From the NCBI RefSeq assembly GCF_006345805.1, contig NW_021834744.1:1-26628 (forward strand): a DNA stretch of 26,628 bases. Reading direction: 5' to 3'. Below, piece by piece: positions 21,792 through 26,628 of the stretch. Under the pieces are notes generated by a model. It was not told the origin of the DNA and did no database searches. It was given only the letters and a program-made list of their open reading frames with translations. This stretch comes from Octopus sinensis (taxonomy: Eukaryota). Each line of letters starts with the position of its first letter. Position 1 is the first letter of the stretch. The translations under genes and the position numbers were made by a program.

Positions 21792-22007
21792 TTTACTCTT
21801 TACCCTTTTACTCTTTTACTTGTTTCAGTCGTTTGACTGCGGCCATGCTGGAGTACCGCCTTTAATCGAGCAAATCAACCCCGGGACTTATTCTTTTGTA
21901 AGCCCAGTACTTATTCTATCGGTCTCTTTTGCCGAACCGCTAAGTAACGGGGACATAAACACACCAGCATCGGTTGTCAAGCAATGCTAGGGGTACAAAC
22001 ACACACA

Positions 22008-22053
<46 letters not shown>

Positions 22054-22218
22054 TCGACGGGCTTCTTTCGGTTTTCGTCTACCAAATCCACTCACAAGGC
22101 TTTGGTCGGCCCGAGGCTATAGTAGAAGACGCTCGCTAAAGGTTCCACGCAGTGGGACTGAACCTGGAACCATGTGTTTGGTAAACAAGCTACTTACCAC
22201 ACAGCCACTCCTGCGCCT
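21792..22218 (-). mobile_element. Full-length SINE family B
   Basis: Collinear with 19854-20271. Confidence 0.9.
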
Positions 22219-22898
22219 ATGTGTCACTATTTCCATGACGGTGAATTACCTCATGTGTCACATCCCTTTTTGATAATCCTTATTAGGTAGCAAAGCTCGT
22301 TTAATCATGCGAATCAGATTATGTTTTAGAGTCAGTATTCTAGCGAATTCTAGTTGCTGATAAATAGAGCCAATTCTCGTACAGTGTTAAATTGTATCTT
22401 CATTTAATTTCGTTAAATAATTTTACTGAATTTCCAAATGAGTTTTGAAAACTTAGTCGCCCATTAAACTTTTAGATTTAAGCTTATATACAATTGAGAT
22501 TTTTTCAAACAATTTCAGGTAATGCCTTTGTACATCTCTCTGCTGATATGAATAAAATATTTAAATCATAAATATATATTGAGAATGCATTCGTTTTTAT
22601 AAATGTTTGCGGAATCGGTCCACACGCTTCTGGGTCGTTTCTGTGGACGAAGAATATACTGGGCCCCAATTATATACGAAGAACATACATTTGAAAATTG
22701 ATTGGTATCTGCTTTTCCGTGTGACATAGGGCATCACAACGCCATCTATGAAAACCTGTACGATGCATTTTAGAAAAAGAAAACGTAAAGTATATCCACG
22801 TGGCTGTGCCGGAAGCCTCACTGCATCAAAAAACCCACAAGTACATCCGTAGAAATATCTGACTCACGAAAGTATTTCATTGTATGTATTACTGAGAT

Positions 22899-23217
22899 GT
22901 GGAAGCGCAATGACCCAGTGGTTAGGGCAGCGAACTCGCGGTCGGAGGATCGCGGTTTCGATTCCCAGACCGGGCGTTGTGTGTGTTTATAGAGCGAAAA
23001 CACCTAAAAGCTCCACGAGGCTCCGACAGTGGGTGGTGGCGACCCCTGTTGTTCTCTTTCGCCCCAACTCTCTCTCACTCTTCCTTCCTGTTTCTTGAGT
23101 AACGCTGCGATGGACTGACGTTGCGTCCAGCTGGGGGAGGATCACATACGCCACAGAAACCAGGGAAACCGGGCCCATGAGCCTGGCTAGGCTTGAAAAG
23201 GGCGCATAAATAAATAC
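22899..23217 (+). mobile_element. Full-length OR-like SINE (tail Y) with 11-bp TSD
   Basis: TSD attactgagat at 22888-22898 and 23218-23228; A and B boxes present. Confidence 0.92.
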
Positions 23218-23652
23218 ATTACTGAGATAACGTTGGAACAGAGTTAATTATCAAATTTAAATAAAAAACACACCTGCTGCCCTACTACAGATCTCTTCCA
23301 AGATCATTGAACGATTACATGACATTTTACAGACACTCTTCTTGTAAACACATTCTTATAGTTAAATCAAAAAGACGTATATTAAACAAACAACCCTGAA
23401 TGCGACATAAGACTGATAAAGGGTATCGACAAAAGCTTACAAGAAAACTCGTATTGGATGGTACGGTATTAACACTGAAGCAAGGGAGGTTTCACTTAGT
23501 TGAAGCTAGAAGGTCGCAAGGATCGTATTGATATTCGACACCCACGTCTCTGTTAAGGGCCACATATTTAATATTAAATTTTTCCAGACCTAAATGCACC
23601 AGTACACAACGGTGGTACAAACATTATTGAATGATACCATAGTACTGGGAAG

Positions 23653-24040
23653 TGGAGGCGCAATGGCCCAGTGGTTAGGGCAGCGGACTCTCGGTCGTAG
23701 GATCGCGGTTTCGATTCCCGGACCGGGCGTTGTGAGTGTTTATTGAGCGAAAACACCTAAAGCTCCACGAGGCTCCGGCAGGGGGTGGTGGTGATCCCTG
23801 CTGTACTCTTTCACCACAACTTTCTCTCTCACACTTACTTTCTGTTTCTGTTGTACCTGTATTTCAAGGGGCCGGCCTTGTCACTCTCTGTGTCACGCTG
23901 AATATCCCCGAGAACTACGTTAAGGGTACACGTGTCTGTGGAGTGCTCAGCCACTTACACGTTAATTTCACGAGCAGGCTGTTCCGTTGATTCGGATCAA
24001 CCGGAACACTCATCGTCGTAACCGACGGATGCTTCCATCC
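23653..24040 (+). mobile_element. Full-length OR-like SINE (tail X) with 12-bp TSD
   Basis: TSD agtactgggaag at 23641-23652 and 24041-24052; A box TGGCCCAGTGG, B box GGTTTCGATTCC. Confidence 0.93.
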
Positions 24041-25842
24041 AGTACTGGGAAGGAAAAGATAACTTACAAATTCATTGAATCCGATAAAGGTATAACATCG
24101 AAATAACTCCTCTTCAATGTTCTTTCAGAGCTTTATCACTATCATGAGCGACCTCGGCATTCAAGGAATTTTGAATGTTACGCAGTTCAGTTTTCTATCA
24201 CAATATGTCGACATGTCTCAAACGACAAGCTGATGTCCTAGTCGAGAAATATGGTATGCTGCCGAAGGAAAAAGATTTCGTTGGATTAGACCACATTTAA
24301 AAAATGTGTACTGTACGTATCTCGAGCGTATTCCCAGACGACCGCATCGAAATCCGAAGCAATTTTATCCTTGACACTGTCGACAAATGTAAGATACTTC
24401 AAACCGTCGGATGATAGTTTCTAATATATTGTCACAATTTAACCATTCTCAGCTTTGGGGTTGAGGATTTGATACTAGATACAGCTATAAAATATCGTTA
24501 AAGAAAAATTAAGTTTATTTAATTCTATTTAATTTAACTCATTTTAACTGTAGTAAACCTATTTACGGAATGGACTAGAGATCCGGTTAATTAATTTTAC
24601 ATGCAAATATTATATATTCAGTTAAACTACGCCGTCCCATCTTTCTCTACTTATATTAAACTATTATCCGTTCATAGTTTGACCGAAATCGCGATCCTCC
24701 GACCGCGATTCCGCTGCCCTAACCACTGGGCCATCGCAGTAATAGATACAATGAAATACTTTCGTGAGTCAAATATTTCTGCGATGTACTTGTGTTTTTT
24801 TTGATGCAGTGAGGCTTCCGGCACATCCACCTGGATATACTTTACGTTTTCTTTTTCTAAAATGCATCGTACAGGTTTTTATAGATGGCGTTGGGATGCC
24901 CTACGTCACACGGAAAAGCAGATACCAATCAATTTTCAAATGTATGTTCTTCGTATATAATTGGGGCCCCGGTATATTCTTCGTCCACAGAAACGACCCA
25001 GAAGCGTGTGGACCGATTCCGCAAACATTTATAAAAACGAATGCATTCTCAATATATATTTATGACTTTAAATATTTTATTCATATCAGCAGAGAGATGT
25101 ACAAAGGCATTACCTGAAGTTGTGTGAAATTTTAGTAATTTTCCTAAGACTTTGTTCTCGCAGGAAAACAAAATACACTCGACTGTTTGATGGTAACTTG
25201 ACAACCCAGGGCCCAGAATTTAGTAACCATACGATAAATGAAAGACGGTAATTTGATATGTCGATTACTTAGAAAAATTCTTCCGAAAATGTTTGTTAAA
25301 AAAATATGCGAAAAGACATCACCATAACATTACGATTCGAGGGAATGGTTCAGGGCTAATTACTTCATTAATTAGACGAATAACTGTTTAGTTTTTTTTA
25401 ATAGATTACGCATACGAGATGTATAACGATGAAAGAGTCCCCTAAGTCATTTGAACATTTGAAAGTGTTGTACATACGCATAAAGTTATGTAGAAATATA
25501 AATTATCATTCTTTTTCTTGTATGGCATACACATATACACACACAAGCACACACACACATACACACATACATCCGTACGTACATACATACATACATACAT
25601 GCATGCATGCATACATACACCGAGTAATGAGAGAGACAAAGTGAATGTTTAAACGGGTGCTGAAGATCGCTAACACAGGAGTGGTATAGATATCCTTCAA
25701 GTATGTCTCAGTTAAATCCGAAATTTAAACTCCAAATCCATCATCTGAGAGAGACGGTTCCGGTCCGGAAATTCGACTATAAGAATAGTCTCCGGGTATG
25801 GAAGTTAAATGGCAGATATATCCTCCTATTTCTACTTTTATA

Positions 25843-26035
25843 TAATAATAATAATAATAATGATGATGATAATAAAAATAATAATAATAATGATGATGAT
25901 GATGATAATAAAAATAATAATAATAATAATGATGATGATGATGATAATAAAAATAATAATAATAATAATAATAAAAATAATAATAATAATAAAAAAATAT
26001 AATAATAATAATAAAAATAATAATAATAATAAAAA

Positions 26036-26063
<28 letters not shown>
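25843..26063. repeat. Compound (AAT)/(GAT) trinucleotide array
   Basis: Directly visible; the unit (aat)n(gat)n-aataaa occurs three times, then (aat)n-aataaa units follow. Confidence 0.95.
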
Positions 26064-26066
<3 letters not shown>

Positions 26067-26076
26067 GTCACCAACT

Positions 26077-26200
26077 GCAGCGAGCTAGCAGAAACGTTAG
26101 CGCGCCTGGTGACATGCTGAACGGTATTTCACCTGTGTTTACATTTCAAATGGCGGTTCCCCAGCATGGCCACAGCTCATGAGCTGAAACTAGAATCAAT
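26077..26200 (+). mobile_element. Family C head joined to a family B-like 3' tail
   Basis: gcagcgagctagcagaaacgttagc...ggtatttc is followed by ggcggttccccagcatggccacagctc...gctgaaactag. Confidence 0.65.
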
Positions 26201-26628
26201 CAAAATCTGCGTAAACAACATGAAATGTGTAGATAAACGAGTGAAATACGTAAACAACGAGAGAAAAAATGGAAAGCAGAACAAGTAAATAAAGAGAAAC
26301 GAATGTTCATCAGTTGTCGGCTGTCTGTCTACACTTCAGTGACAATAGGTGTTTACAAAGAGAGTTGTTACCATAAATTCTAAAATAAAATTTAGGATTT
26401 ATGGAGGGTGAAAGGTGGGAACCAAAACAGGACAGTAGAAACATATAAGGAAACCGAACGAAAACAAACATGGAGGTTCGTTAGACCAGAACGAGAGGAA
26501 AATAGCGAACACTGGAGAAATATTTTCTTTGAAAAGACAAAAGATAGAAGACAGAGAGAAACCAAAGAGAGAGAGAGACGGGAATAGAGAGAGATATAGA
26601 AATTGGTGAAACAGGGAGGAGAGAAAAA

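Larger units (their letters stand above)
22503..25129. repeat. Inverted duplication: arms 22503-22960 and 24684-25129, spacer ~1.7 kb
   Basis: Near-identical reverse-complement arms. ORFs 22597..22821(-) and 24764..25117(+) give nearly the same peptide. Confidence 0.93.

Noticed and set aside
22597-22821. Duplicated ORF MRLPAQPRGY... as a gene pair
   Set aside because: It is simply the two arms of the inverted duplication, and no homology was recognised.
25703-26120. Poly-Asn/Asp and poly-Ile ORFs
   Set aside because: Translations of the AAT/GAT array.
26295-26345. CTGATGA on the minus strand near the window end
   Set aside because: No GAAA or stems. It may be an old Penelope-like remnant, but I cannot support that.
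1-26628. CRISPR array, rRNA or prokaryotic operon
   Set aside because: No regularly spaced repeat-spacer array and no rRNA-like sequence; the content is eukaryotic repeat DNA.

Overview
AT-rich, repeat-dominated eukaryotic DNA, most likely an octopod cephalopod (inferred from the tRNA-derived SINE families and dense TA/CA microsatellites). I see no intact host gene; most listed ORFs are microsatellite artefacts. The window holds a 5'-truncated RTE LINE, a decayed R4/Dong-like RT interrupted by a hairpin insertion, three decayed Tc1/mariner transposases, two MITEs and about 20 SINE copies with interchangeable 3' tails. The main signal is a set of type I hammerhead ribozyme (HHR) motifs of four sequence types. 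They sit in non-coding Penelope-like terminal modules, all but the SINE-borne one embedded in (TA)n. They include a back-to-back double-HHR palindrome (1382-1509), a tRNA-headed SINE with an HHR tail (4423-6237) and a 6.4-kb inverted repeat (12081-18502) capped at both outer ends by the same HHR. All alignments and folds were done by eye.
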